A stretch of 64,000 nt of DNA from Octopus sinensis (GCF_006345805.1 NC_043005.1:26412001-26476000), one strand, 5' to 3'; counted from the stretch's first letter, positions 12,713 to 25,783 are shown. Notes: generated by a model not told the origin, from the sequence alone. Numbers and translations are program-made.

Positions 12713-12864
12713 TATTAAAAAAAACACACAAATTTCCACACGAAAGCACGTGATCTCTGCTCTTGGCATGTAGCTTCAACCGTGTTTTTCTGACGTGAAT
12801 TTGCTACCCGGGTATCGGTTAACCGAATTATCCATACTAGGATAATTCATTCAACTACTTTAAC

Positions 12865-12911
<47 letters not shown>

Positions 12912-12912
12912 A

Positions 12913-13264
12913 CTAGCAGTATCGCCCGGCGTTGCTCGGGTTTGTAAGGGAAATAACTATAAAGCATTTTTAGAGAGTTATAGCCAAAAACTGGAAAAAA
13001 AATGATGGTAATTTTTTTTTAGTTAAAAAGGTCGAGTTGCATCCCCTAGACAGTCTGTGGTTTGTATTTCTGATTCTCGACCCCATGTTGAATTTATCGA
13101 TTTTTTTCAGAACTGGGGGAACTTTTCAAAATTTTCGCTGCGTTAGTTTGAATTATGACATTGGGCTATGTGTGTGTCAAGTTTCATCAGAATCGGTTGA
13201 AAGCCGTGGTCAGGGTGAGGGTACAACCTAACAGACACACAGAAACACACACAGACAAACTGCC

Positions 13265-13275
<11 letters not shown>
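12913..13275 (-). mobile_element. Non-autonomous Helitron
   Basis: Minus-strand 3' end is hairpin cccgagcaacgccggg, then cgatactg, then CTAG|T; the 5' end is lost in (TA)n; the 3' ~90 bp is shared with 41905-42303. Confidence 0.7.
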
Positions 13276-13323
<48 letters not shown>

Positions 13324-13401
13324 ATATATAATATATATATATATATTTATATTATATATATATATATATTATATATATATATATTATATATATATATATA
13401 T

Positions 13402-13437
<36 letters not shown>

Positions 13438-14485
13438 AATGAAGGTGTGTGAACTGGTGGTTATTGTAAAACTCTCGTGAAAGCGGACCAAATCGTTGGA
13501 TCTCGATATCTGAGATTAACCAGACTCGATAATTTCATAAGCTGCAAATGTGTGCTTTTATTCCCTTTCGTTGTCCACTGTAATCCAATCATCAACAATC
13601 TTTATTCCCGAGAGTAACTGATCGATTTTCGTTCTATAAACGTTGTTCTGTCTGTATTAACAGTCCTTTTATGCTCTATTTAACATTAAAACCATCAAAG
13701 TTCCCTTCATCATCAGAAGTTGAATAATCGAACATTAAAACAGGCCAACATTTACGCCAGACTCTCAAAATATTGCCAAATTTTTACAGAAATTCGTGCA
13801 GTTATAGATTTTAAGAACACGTCTTTAAGGGGTCGAATGTCAGGGATAGAATCAACACCGTTTTAATTAACAGCTTTATGAAATTATTTCTATATTAATG
13901 ATTCTCTTGACCGTTGGTTACATGTGAGAAGTGACGCTGAGGGAAAAATCTCAGGACAAATAATTTCACAAACTATGACTAACTTAGATTCTTGCAGGAA
14001 TTTTTCTTACGGCTGTCAAGGATTAAGGAACATTTAGTGTCCAAAGTCTGACCTATATCATGTTATCTAATCTCTTAGCTTTCAGATTATTCCGTCGAAT
14101 GTAATGCTTATGTACCTATCTTTGTTTTGTATTCGTCATGCATTATCACGTGGCTTCGAGATTTCGATGGCGTGACTTTGTTTTTAGAATGACATTATAG
14201 GCTAGGTGTGATAGGCCAGGTCTGGACAGTTTGAACATAAAACATGTGTTTTTTGCCGAACCACTAAGTTATAGGGGTGTAAACAAACTACACCAAAATT
14301 TAAGTAAATATACGACCGGCTTCCACATAGCTTCCGTCTACCAAATTAAGTCGCAAAGCATTGGTCGGCTCGGGGCTGTATTAGAAGACACTTAGCCAGG
14401 GTGCCATGCAACAGGATTGAACTCGAAACCACTTATTTACATTACTTACATTTGACGGATATTTGTCATCATCTTGTTTGTTGTT

Positions 14486-14531
14486 AACACAACGTTTCGG
14501 CTGATATACCCTCCAGCCTTCATCAGGTGTC
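14486..14531 (-). ncRNA. Minimal type I hammerhead ribozyme motif
   Basis: GACAC-CUGAUGA-A-GGCUG(gagggtatat)CAGCC-GAAA-C-GUU-GUGUU: intact core, 5-bp helices I and II, palindromic ACGU helix III. Confidence 0.8.
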
Positions 14532-14599
14532 TTGGGGAAATTTCGAACCTGGGTTCTCATTGCTAAAGTATTTCGAACTCAAGTTCGAAATTTCCCCAA

Positions 14600-14645
14600 G
14601 ACGCCTGATGAAGGCTGGAGGGTATATCAGCCGAAACGTTGTGTT
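14600..14645 (+). ncRNA. Minimal type I hammerhead ribozyme motif (inverted twin)
   Basis: GACGC-CUGAUGA-A-GGCUG...CAGCC-GAAA-C-GUU-GUGUU. Confidence 0.8.
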
Positions 14646-14951
14646 AACAACAAACAGGATGAGGACAAATATCCGTCAAGTGTAAATAATGTACATAATT
14701 CCTCATCTCTTAAATATAGAACTGCCGAAACAACTTGGTTACAAAGCGAACCAGCTAACTTCACAGACATCTTATTCTGTCGTGGATCTTTAATCTGGTC
14801 GACTTACCGCCCAGGAAAACAACTGAGGTCTCGCAGTTCATTCTGTTTTCAAAATCTTTAACTCGAGTTAAAATTCCTAGGAACAGCTATAGTTTCTGGT
14901 CACAGAAGAAGAAAAGAAAAGAATCCTTGTCTAATATTTTTTCTAAATTAT

Positions 14952-15167
14952 GGCGGCGAGCTGGCAGAAACGTTAGCACGCCGGGCAAAATGCTTATAAG
15001 GTATTTCGTCAGTCTTTGTGCTCTGAGTTCAAATTCCGCCGAGATCGACTTTGCCTTTCATCTTTTCGGGGTTGATAAATTAAGTACCAGTTGCATACTG
15101 GAGTCGATTTAATCGACTGGCCCCCTCCCAAAAATGTCAGTCCATGTGCCTAGAGTAGAAAAGAATA
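14952..15167 (+). mobile_element. SINE family A, tail variant 2
   Basis: Head ggcggcgagctggcagaaacgttagc, B-box, and tail ...gtgcctagagtagaaaaga. Confidence 0.85.
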
Positions 15168-15363
15168 AATTAGATCTGACATGCCGGGCGAAATGCTTTG
15201 CGGTATTTCGTCTGTGTGAGTTGGAATTGTATTGTTGCCGAAGTGCATCTGTATAGTAAGTGTAGATTCTGTTAACTGTTTCGGTTTTGTTGCCTGTTTT
15301 ATTTGCTGTTAAAATTTGTATAATAGATTTTGTTCGAAAACTATTGTGTGTTTTCCCCTGTAG

Positions 15364-15523
15364 GGGAAACACTTATTGCTGGCAGGATGCCAAAAAGTGT
15401 GTATTCATCTGACGAGGATTCGACAGATTTAGAGGCCAGAAAAGTGGAAAGAGTATTGTTGGAAGATGTGTCGGATTCGTCTGAGAGCGAATTCCCACCA
15501 CTGTCGAGGACTGACGTTGCAAG
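15364..15523 (+). CDS. Candidate host-gene exon containing a start codon (ATG at 15387): MPKSVYSSDEDSTDLEARKVERVLLEDVSDSSESEFPPLSRTDVA...
   Basis: Acceptor ttttcccctgtag|, donor AAG|GTAGAG (phase 2), open frame throughout, non-repetitive with higher GC than the flanks; product not recognised. Confidence 0.5.
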
Positions 15524-16502
15524 GTAGAGTGTCGAAGTGAAGACTTCAATCGGGGGGTCGATTAAATAAGTACCAGTTACGAACTGGGGTCGATGTAATC
15601 GACTTAATCCCTTTATCTGTCCTTGTTTGTCCCCTCTATGTTTAGTCCCTGTGGGCAATAAAGAAGTAAATATTTTCTTTAAATTTCTACATTTTAATTC
15701 ATGCTATAAATTTTCTTTCTCTCGTTTTGTTGCTGTCGTTGTTGTTGTTGTTGTTGTTGTCGTCGTCGTCAGAACTGCAGTGAAATCTAAAAGCTTTTGT
15801 TTTGAGTTCGTTATGTAGAAAGAAGCCGACGTCCTTTTGTTATATTCTGTCATTTACAGACGTCTACTTACGCCTCGTACCATTTTTCTTAGTGGTGACT
15901 GGATCATCACTAAATGTTAAAAATTGTTTTTCTTTGTTCATCCCAACAAACTTTAGTCATCCAAATGGACTATAGGACAAAGAATAGAATGTTTCTAATA
16001 CAGCGTTAGGTGATTTACATGTTGTCTGCGTTTTGTTCACATTATAAATGACAGACGTGGATGAGCACAAAGCAATACGTTATAGGCAGTTTTCTTTACA
16101 ACAGTTACCAAACGTGTCGCTGGCAAAAGATTTTTAAAAATACATGCATTTACAAGATTGATGTAAGACAGAAAAACCGAACAGTACTTGCTTACGGAAA
16201 TCGAATTCATATAACAACAACATTAATATAATTCCTTCTCCGACTTGTAACTTCACTATTCCCACCATCCACCCTGAACTGTGTTGTCTTTCGCTAGTTC
16301 TAATCTCTTGCGTTAAAGCTCAGTCTATCAATGACAGCAACCCCAAGACGTATATTCCCTTCATCAAGAATTGCTTTATAAATCAATTTATCTACATATT
16401 CGAACATTTTAGAAACATTAAAATTTGCCACAAGCCACTTTGAATACATCTGGGTTTTGGAAAAAAACAAGATCTACGACGTTAATAGTTCAATGATTGG
16501 TC

Positions 16503-17089
16503 TTTATCATCCACCCTGAAAGGATGAAAGGCAAAGTCAACCTCGGAGGAATTTGAACTCAGAACGTAGCGACAGACGAAATACCTATTTCTTTACTACC
16601 CACAAGGGGCTAAACACAGAGGGAACAAACAAGGATATACAAACGGATAAAGTCGATTATATCGACCCCAGTGCGTAAATGGTACTTATTTAATCGACCC
16701 CGAAAGGATGAAAGGCAAAGTCGACCTCGGCGGAATTTGAATTCAGAACGTAACGGCAGACGAAATACCTATTTCTTTACTACCCACAAGGAGCCAAACA
16801 CAGAGAGGACAAACAAGGACAGACTAACGGATTAAGTCGTTTACATCGACCCCAGTGCGTAAATGGTACTTATTTAATTGACCCCGAAAGGATGAAAGGC
16901 AAAGTCAACCTCGGCGGAATTTGAACTCAGAACGTAATGGCAGACGAAATACCTATTTCTTTACTACCCACAAGGGGCTAAACACAGAGAGGACCAACAA
17001 GGACAGACAAATGGATTAAGTCGTTTACATCGACCCCCAGTGCGTAACTGGTACTTATTTAATCGACCCCGAAAGGATAAAAGGCAAAG
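16503..17089 (-). mobile_element. SINE family A concatemer (~3.3 bodies, ~180-bp period)
   Basis: Junction gacgaaatac|ctatttctttactaccc recurs about every 180 nt. Confidence 0.9.
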
Positions 17090-17139
17090 CTGCTGTACTA
17101 ATCGAAAACTTCCGATTAAATGTGCGTGTAAGTAAGAAG

Positions 17140-17385
17140 TTTTCGGGTCCAGTTCCACTGTGCGGCACCTTGGGCAGGTTTTTTTTTTTTTTTACTATAG
17201 TCCGGTCTGATCAATGTCCAGTATGTGAATTGGGTTGACGAAAACTGTGTGGAAACCCGTCGCATATCTGTGTGTGTGCGCTCGCGCTCGCATGCGTGCG
17301 TTCGTGAATGTGTGTATGTGTGCGCGCGCTCGCATGCGTGCGTGTGTGTGTGTGTGCGCGCTCGCATGCGTGCGTGTGTGCGTAC

Positions 17386-17429
<44 letters not shown>

Positions 17430-17610
17430 CTTTATCACTTGACAACTGGTGCTGGTTTCTTTACGTCTCCGTAAAAGTCGCAGTTCAGCAAAAGAGACTG
17501 ATAGAGTAAGTACCAGACGTTAAGAAACAATAATTACTGAGACTTTGTTCGACTGGACCCTTCCCGGCAGTGCCCCATCATGGCCGCAGTACAATGACTG
17601 AAAGAAGTAA
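17140..17610 (+). mobile_element. SINE family B, diverged, with internal (TG)/(CG) microsatellite
   Basis: caccttgggcag core, central microsatellite, and tail catggccgcagtacaatgactgaaagaagtaa. Confidence 0.7.
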
Positions 17611-18335
17611 GATGATATTATTTGAAGATGACAACCTACCCCGCCCCGTGTGCTTTTATCACAGAACACTCTTCTGACATTTGACCCATAACTGGAGCCC
17701 TTAAGTACTACAACACCGGCTAGAGCAGACCTAGGAGAGGGGACTAAAGGGTAAACACTTCCATACTTCCCCAAACACCTGGGCTCCCGAACTGGAGCCT
17801 CCCTACCGGATACTGTGTAATATCTTGGCCAGGACATACCTTTAATTATTCTTTTCGGTGCATAAAAAACCCGCCTTATTTTTTGGCGATGCAGGGACAT
17901 GAAGCTTTCTTAGCCTCCCACTAAAGACAAACCGGACCCCTATTTATCTTTTATCTTTAACTTGTTCCCGTCATTTGACTGCAGCCATTCTGGGGCATCG
18001 GATAACCGGCCTTACGAGTACTCGGGTTCAAGAACAAAAGATTTAAAACAGATTGTAATGCCAAGAGTACAAAGCAATAGACATTAGTACAGCAGCTCTT
18101 CAACTAATGAGTTATAATTAAATTTTCAGCTAAAATTTAAGTCAAGAGGCACAACTTGACAGGAAAAGAGAAAAGAAAAAAATGTCTTAAATGGTTGTAT
18201 TTAGAAAAAGCCACTCTTAAAAACCAACTTAGAAGTATTATATTTATCTCGAATACAAGGAGGTTTTTTGACTTTACAATAAGAAAACTAAAAATATATC
18301 ATCTAGAAATGCAAAAATATTTAATAAAAATTCGT

Positions 18336-18722
18336 GGCACTTCGTAGGTTGCGACGACGAGGGTTCCAGTTGATCCGATCAACGGAACAGCCTGCTCGTG
18401 AAATTAACGTGCAAGTGGCTGAGCACTCCACAGACACATGTACCCTTAACGTAGTTCTCGGAGAGATTCAGCGTGATACAGAGTGGAACAAGGCTGGCCC
18501 TTTGAAATACAGATACAACAGAAACAGAAATAAAGAGTGAGAGAAAGTTGTGGTGAAAGAGTACAGTAGGCTTCGCCCCCCCCCCCCCGACCCCCTGACG
18601 GAGCCTCGTTGAGCCTTAAGTGTTTTCGCTCAATAAATACTAACAACGTCCGGTCTTGGAATCGAAACTGCGATCCTATGACCGCAAGTCCGCTGCCCTA
18701 ACCATTGGGTCATTGCGCCTTC
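18336..18722 (-). mobile_element. SINE family C (tRNA-Arg-like head)
   Basis: Homologous to 37510-37890. Confidence 0.85.
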
Positions 18723-19240
18723 GCAATAAAAAAAAAATAGACGGAAACCAATACAAAGAACCAGCAAACATGAACAAAACTATATAAAAAAAAATAATAA
18801 TAATAAAACGATTTTCTGTCTTGAAGGAAGCCAGAAAAATATGAAACTCAAGTTCAATTGACAGACTGTTATGAATACATGAAAAATAAGAGAAAATGTG
18901 AGAAAGATAAAAATAAAAATTAAAAACAGGAATACGAAATGTATTGGAACGATGACAGGAGGAACCCTTACAGCAGAGGGAAAAAGCAAATCATTGGTAA
19001 TAACCCTTTCTGCTGTATGCACAAGGTCTGAAATTTTGCGGGGAGGCGAGGAAGGCTTTGCGATTACTACGAACCGAGTACACAGCTGGTTCTTATTTTA
19101 TCAACTTCGAAAGGTAAAGTCGATCTCGGCAGTATTTGAACTCAGAACGTAAAACCAGAAAAAATACTTCTTTGTATTTCGTCCCATCTACTAACGATTC
19201 TGCCATTTCGCTGCTTCGGTGAAAATAAGCTAAAAGATTG

Positions 19241-19862
19241 TGTAGCGGCAGACGAAATACCTATTTCTTTACTACCCACAAGGGGCTAAACACAGAGAGG
19301 ACAAACAAGGACATACAAACGGATTAAGTCGATTATATCGACCCCAGTGCGTAACTGGTACTTAATTTATCGACCCTGAAAGGATGAAAGGCAAAGTCGA
19401 CCTCGGCGGAATTTGAACTCAGAACGTAGCGGCAGACGAAATACCTATTTCTTTACTACCCACAAGGGGCTAAACATAGAGAGGACAAACAAGGACAGAC
19501 AAATGGATTAAGTCGATTATATCAACCCCAGTGCTCAACTGGTACTTAATTTATCGACCCTGAAAGGATGAAAGGCAAAGTCGACCTCGGCGGAATTTGA
19601 ACTCGGCACGTAACGGCAGACGAAATACCTATTTCTTTACTACCCACAAGGGGCTAAACATAGAGACGACAAACAAGGACATACAAATAGATTAAGTCGA
19701 TTATATCGACCCCAGTGCGTAACTGGTACTTATTTAATTGAGCCCGAAAGGATGAAAGGCAAAGTCGACCTCGGCGGAATTTGAACTCAGAACGTAACGG
19801 CAGACGACATACCGCTAAGCATCTCGCTTGGCGTGCTAACGATTCTGCCAGCTCGCCACCTT
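19241..19862 (-). mobile_element. SINE family A, head plus three further bodies (180-bp period)
   Basis: Bodies align at 19261, 19441 and 19621; a single head lies at 19801-19860. Confidence 0.9.
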
Positions 19863-20425
19863 AGTATAATGTAATATATAGCGCTTATGCAATTGACTCA
19901 AGATACTACAGTACGCCCTAAACAACAACGTGATCAGCGGCAGCAGCAGCAGCAGCAGCAACAAAACACCACCACCAGCAGTAGCAGCAACTCATACAAT
20001 TCCTGTTGTACACAATTGATACTCAATAACATAGCACAACCCACACAATCCATTCACTACCGAACTACATTTATTGGCTTTAAATTCTGGCACAAAGCCA
20101 ACAGTTTCGGGTGCGGGGAGTAAGCAAGTCGATTAAGCCGATCCCAGTGCTCAACTGGTACTTATTTTATCGACCCTGAATTGATGAAAGGCAAAGTCAA
20201 CCCCGGCGACATTTGAGCTCAGGAGAACGTGAAGTCGGGGAAAATATAGCTCAGCATTTTGCCCGGCGCAGTAACGATTCTGCCGGTTCGCCGCCTTACA
20301 GAAAGGCATCCGTTATTACGCCGACTACTACTCGAGGTTATTATGAATCACAGGTTTCGATTCATAACTAGGTATTGAATCTAGTGTGTCTCATATGTGC
20401 GGTAGTAATACACTGTATGTACAAA

Positions 20426-21198
20426 GCAGCGAGCTGGCAGAATCGTTAGCACGCCGGGCGAAATGTTTAGCGGTATTTCGTCTGCCGCTACGTTCTGAGT
20501 TCAAATTCAGCCGAGGTCGACTTTGCCTTTCATCCTTCCGGGGTCGATTAAATAAGTACCAGTTACACAATGGGGGCGATATAATCGACTTAATCCGTTT
20601 GTCTGTCCTTGTTTGCCCTCTCTGTGTTTAGCCCCTTGTGGGTAGTAAAGAAATAAAAATAGGTATTTCGTCTGCCGCTACGTTCTGAGTTCAAATTCCG
20701 CCGAGGTTGACTTTGCCTTTCATCCTTTCGGGGTCAATTAAATAAGTACCAGTTACGCACTGGGGTCGATATAATCGACTTAATCCGTTTGTCCGTCCTT
20801 GTTTGCCCTCTCTGTGTTTAGCCCCTTGTGGGTAGTAAAGAAATAGAAATAGGCATTTCGTCTGCCGCTACGTTCTGAGTTCAAATTCCACCGAGGTCGA
20901 CTTTGCCTTTCATCCTTTCGGGGTCGATTAAATAAGTACCAGTTACGCACTGGGGTCGATGTAATCGACTTAATCTGTTTGTATGTCCTTGTTTGTTTCC
21001 TCTGTGTTTAGCCCCTTGTGGGTAGTAAAGAAATAGGTATTTCGTCTCTCTTTGCGTTCTGAGTTCAAATTCCTCCGAGGTTGACTTTGCCTTTCATCCT
21101 TTTGGGGTCGATGAATTAAGTACCAGTTGCGTACTGGGGTCGATCTAATCGACTGGTTCCCTCCCCCAAAATTTTGGGCCATGTACCTACAGAAGAAT
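20426..21198 (+). mobile_element. SINE family A concatemer: head plus four bodies, the last with tail variant 2
   Basis: Repeated ...gggtagtaaagaaata(xxxxxx)ggtatttcgtc junctions. Confidence 0.9.
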
Positions 21199-21934
21199 AG
21201 TAAATTACATTATACTATTGGGTCGTGATTGTATAAACTTTATGACTTATCAGTTTTGTTATGCTACATGATCACCATGTTGTGACGTTGCTTTATTTCA
21301 TTGGCTGGCGATTACGACGTTGAATAGCTATACTTTGCGGTATTTGTTTTAGCTGACTGAGGTCCGAGTACAAATCCCTCTGAAACCAATTTCATCTTTC
21401 ATTCTTTCAAGATCCGTGGATAAAATACCAACTCACGAGGCGGTAGATGAACGAAACTTTTAGCGCATCAATCGAAATTCTTTGTGGTATCTGTTTCGGC
21501 ACCCTGCGCTGTGAGTTCAAATTCTGCTTTAGAATTCAAATCCTAAATCGATCAGCGTTAATCAGGGACTTGTAGTTGATTATGAAAGCTGCAAAGGGTG
21601 GAGAAAGATTATAATGTTCTATTGCGATGATATTGTATGACGCAGGAGTACTTAACTTGGGTAGCTGTACCCCTTTGGAAGCATTGTGAGCTTACAAGGG
21701 ATCGCTGCAGCGTATGCAGAATGTTACTGGGTAGGTGTGATTTTTCGATCCAATACTTAAGCCAGGTACAGTAATTTTGTTTTAAAAGTATCACTGAAAT
21801 ATCTTTATCGGAATTAAAAAAATAAATATTTTTGTCTTATCAGCGAACAAAACCATGACATTAAATCGAGGTTCAATACAAATACATCATGTAAATTCTT
21901 ATCTCCTTAAGTAATTTCCATAGGAATTTAACAC

Positions 21935-22450
21935 AGTACATCTATCCCCGTTTATCACGGAGGTTTGGTTTCAAGAAAGCACCGTGATAAATGAATCATC
22001 TCCACAATTTGTAAAAGGAACAAATGGTATATTCATTGACACCAGACGTGTGACTCACAGCAGCAAAGATTCTCCCTCCACCATTTTTTTTTATCATTTC
22101 CACCCTTTCGTGTAGAGAATGTACTCATCTGCATCGTTTGTTAGGATCAGGTGCCTTTGTATTTTTTCCTTTTCACTGACCCCTTGTAGATGGATACGAT
22201 TACGTAAATATGTATAAAAAAAACATCAATACACAGCCACGCAGTCCGGTCAAGTAAACACAAGCGATAAACAATTCATCCTGGGTATCTGAGCCTTGAT
22301 AGTGGTTGCCGGAGCGTGCTTTTACAGTACAATGCAGAACCTCTGACTGATGGGCAACACGTGTTATTACAGATCAATCCGCGATAAGCTTAACATGATC
22401 CACAATTGTGCGGAGAATCTTATTCCGGACCAGTGATAAACGAGGCTACA
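21935..22450. mobile_element. Possible decayed Tigger/pogo-like non-autonomous DNA transposon
   Basis: Left end cagtacatctatccccgtttatcacgg; right end gtgataaacgagg is the reverse complement of ccccgtttatcac with one mismatch. Confidence 0.4.
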
Positions 22451-22542
22451 TCTTTAGGAAAATATGGATTATAAACCACGATAGACAATTAGTTTGTTTC
22501 ATTTAAATATTATAATGTTTTTCTTTTTTTTAAACATGCGTA

Positions 22543-22707
22543 GAGTGGCTGTGTGGTAAGTAGCTTGTCTACCAACCACATGGTTCCGGGTTCAGTCCCA
22601 CGGCGTGGCACCTTGGGCAAGTGTCTTCTACTATAGCCGACCAAAACCTTGTGAGTGGATTTGGTAGACGGAAACTGAAAGAAGCCCGTCGTATATATGT
22701 ATATATA

Positions 22708-22770
<63 letters not shown>

Positions 22771-22976
22771 TATGTGTGTTTGTGTGTCTGTGTTTGTCCC
22801 CCTAGCATTGCTTGACAACCGATGCTGGTGTGTTTACGTCCCTGTCACTTAGCGGTTCGGCAAAAGAGACCGATAGAATAAGTACTAGGCTTACAAAGAA
22901 TAAGTCCCGGGGTCAATTTTGCTCGACTAAAGGCGGTGCTCCAGCATGGCCGCAGTCAAATGACTGAAACAAGTAA

Positions 22977-23008
<32 letters not shown>

Positions 23009-23010
23009 AA
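22543..23010 (+). mobile_element. SINE family B, complete (tRNA head, CORE-like ccttgggcaagt, internal (TA)n, (AAAG)n tail)
   Basis: A-box TGGCTGTGTGG and B-box GGTTCAGTCCC; near-identical copies at 48175-48582 and 55317-55720. Confidence 0.9.
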
Positions 23011-23251
23011 TGCGTAGTTGAGTGTTTATAAAACACCGTTTGGTAAAAGGCAGCGCTGAGCTAGAAAACTCTGAGAACCTCCAGCATAGAATATATAGTG
23101 TGTGAGTTGTATTATTTTATTTGGAGTAATTGTATTAATTGTAAGTTGTGTACTGTGTGACTTGGCTTTTGAATCAAGAGTTGCGTAGGATGTGGACTTC
23201 ACTAAACAAAGCTATCTTTTTTTAAATGTCTGTTAAGTTGAATGTGTGTTT

Positions 23252-23300
<49 letters not shown>

Positions 23301-23675
23301 TGTTTCTGTTGTATTTTTCTATCATATCTACTTTCCCAATTGTTATGGGTGCAATTTTCAATTCCATATCACACATCCGGCTTCTTTCAATTTTCAAGAT
23401 CTTTGTTCTTTGATAGATTTTCGACTTATTTCCGGGTTGTGTTTTTTGGCCAGAACTAATTGTTATGTCTATCAGAGCAGAGAGATTAAGCACAGCGGGA
23501 AAAAAAATGCTTAGCGGCATTTCTTCCGGCATTACATTCTGACTTCACATTCCGCTGGGGTTAACTTTGCCTTTCGTTCCAGGGGCGATGGTAGGATTAA
23601 GGAAGTAAAGTACCAATCAAATATTTGAGTTGCTAAATTGCTGGCCTTGTGCCAAAATCATCATCATTATTATTA

Positions 23676-23729
<54 letters not shown>

Positions 23730-24592
23730 CATCATCATTATTATCATCCCACATACGCACAAAATATTAAACTGTTGGAAAGGAAAAATTCCTAACATCG
23801 GGTTACAATATGTAAACTTAGATAAAAAGAACCTTCCTAAGTATCCTAAATGCCCCTAATAACACTATTTTCTGGAGCGGCACAAAACTAGATTTTATGC
23901 CTATTTCCTCTGTCGATCTGTTCAAATCTTTAGAGATAGTTCCTAATGTACCGATAACTACGGGGATACATGTTAATTATTTCTTCTCCCCTCTCTTCTC
24001 TGTCTCTATCTTCAATCTTCCCCTCCTTCTTCTTCTTCTTATTATTATTGAGTGAGAGAGCAGTGCATATCATCAAATTCCCACTGGGGTACAAATATAC
24101 GAAGCCCAGTATACCCAACATGACTCGTCTGATAAGGGTACACCAGGAACATGCATCACAACCATATGTGTGCAACATGGTGATTTTATATCAAGATAAA
24201 CAGCACATGATCTTGCAGATGGGGCCCAGTTAGAATTTTCTTCTGGTCAGTAGCCCATACGGCTCAAAAGGTCCCTGAATAAGGTTTGTTTAAGGATGTT
24301 GAACGAACCACTCATGTTTCCAAAGCTGAATTATCCAAACTCCAAAGAATCCCTCTCAACACATGGATATGATGCTCCCCAACTACTTCTGCTCATGATC
24401 AGAGATGCACATATCGTCAGCCACTAAGGGACATGGTCAACTGCTTAAGATCAAACAACTGACAGGCAAATCTGTGGTATTGAGCAGAATATTTGCTGTA
24501 GCCCATCTTTTATTCGAAGAAAAAACAATGTACATGATAACACTTCCAATCAGTTAAGATGAGAAGCCGTGAGAGCCATTGCTTGGTACTGC

Positions 24593-24669
<77 letters not shown>

Positions 24670-24711
24670 TCATCATCATCATCATTATTATTATCATCAT
24701 CATTATTATTA

Positions 24712-24751
<40 letters not shown>

Positions 24752-24765
24752 TTATTATTATTTAA

Positions 24766-24944
24766 GGTGTTGAGCTGGCAGAAACTTTAGCACGCCGGAC
24801 GAAATGCTTAGCGGTATTTCGTTTGCCGTTATGGTCTGAGTTCAAATTCCGCCGAGGTCGACTTTGCCTTTTATTCTTTCGGGGTCGATTACATAAGTAT
24901 TAGTTACGCACTGGGGCTGATGTAATCGACTTAATACCCACCCC
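24766..24944 (+). mobile_element. SINE family A
   Basis: Head, B-box and body homology; follows a (CAT)(CGT)(TAT) compound microsatellite. Confidence 0.8.
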
Positions 24945-25004
24945 AAGTGTCTTTGTGTGAAAAAATTGAAATCATCAACATTATTATTATTATTGTTGTT
25001 GTTG

Positions 25005-25039
<35 letters not shown>

Positions 25040-25772
25040 TAGTAGTCATATTTTTATAATGTGCTTTTACTGCACTAGCACGCGCAGCTCTATGTGCCTT
25101 GGGTATGTGCGGTGGTTTGTTGCAATGCTCTTATTGTTACTGTATTGAGAGTGTTTTGTGTAGGATGTGTGCGGTGCGTAGTAGTGCTATTTTATGTATG
25201 TTATATACACTTGTTAGTCCTGGTGTTTTTGTTATGTATTTGTCTGAATATTTTTTTATCATGCCTAATGCGCCTACTATGATAGGAACTGTTTCTGTTT
25301 TTAGACTCCATATTCGAGTTAACTCTGTTTCCAAGTCTTTGTATTTTGAAAGTTTTTCCATTTCTTTGAGAGAAACGTTGTCATCTGTTAGTATTGATAC
25401 ACCAATTAGAAAGCATTTTTTTCTTGATGATCTCTGACAACTATATCTGGTCTATTGGCCTTAATTTCTCTCTCTGTGTGTATTGGCATATCCCATAGTA
25501 TGGTTGCTATCCCATTTTCTATGACCTTTTCTGGCGTGTACCTATACCATATTTTTCTGTTGTTATTCCACAGTGTTGACATAGCCTCCAGTGTATATAG
25601 GTCCCAACTCTGTCGTGTCTATGAATATATTCCCTGTTAGCCAGGACTGTGCAGCCAGAGACAATACGATTTATTGTTTCTTGTCAATCTCCACATATTC
25701 TGCAGTACTTGTTATGTTTCTTTTCATTATTTTTGGCAATTTCTGGTGGGGTGGCTTTTGTCTTGTGCTGCA
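25040..25772 (-). mobile_element. 3' end of an RLE-type (R4/Dong/HERO-like) non-LTR retrotransposon
   Basis: Minus strand gives a CCHC knuckle (CRICG..ETINRIVSGC..LA..EYIHRHD), ILWDMPIHTEREIKANRPDIVV, and EKLSKYKDL...VPIIVGALG...TAHIL; the 3' end runs into (AAT)n. Confidence 0.85.
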
Positions 25773-25783
25773 ATTATTATTAT

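Noticed and set aside
21350-21400. CTGACTGAGG...GAAA as a hammerhead
   Set aside because: Better explained as a decayed SINE-A B-box region; helices do not form.
24060-24530. Possible additional repeat family (also 17640-17850)
   Set aside because: Single copy in the window with no diagnostic motif, so it cannot be supported without a database search.
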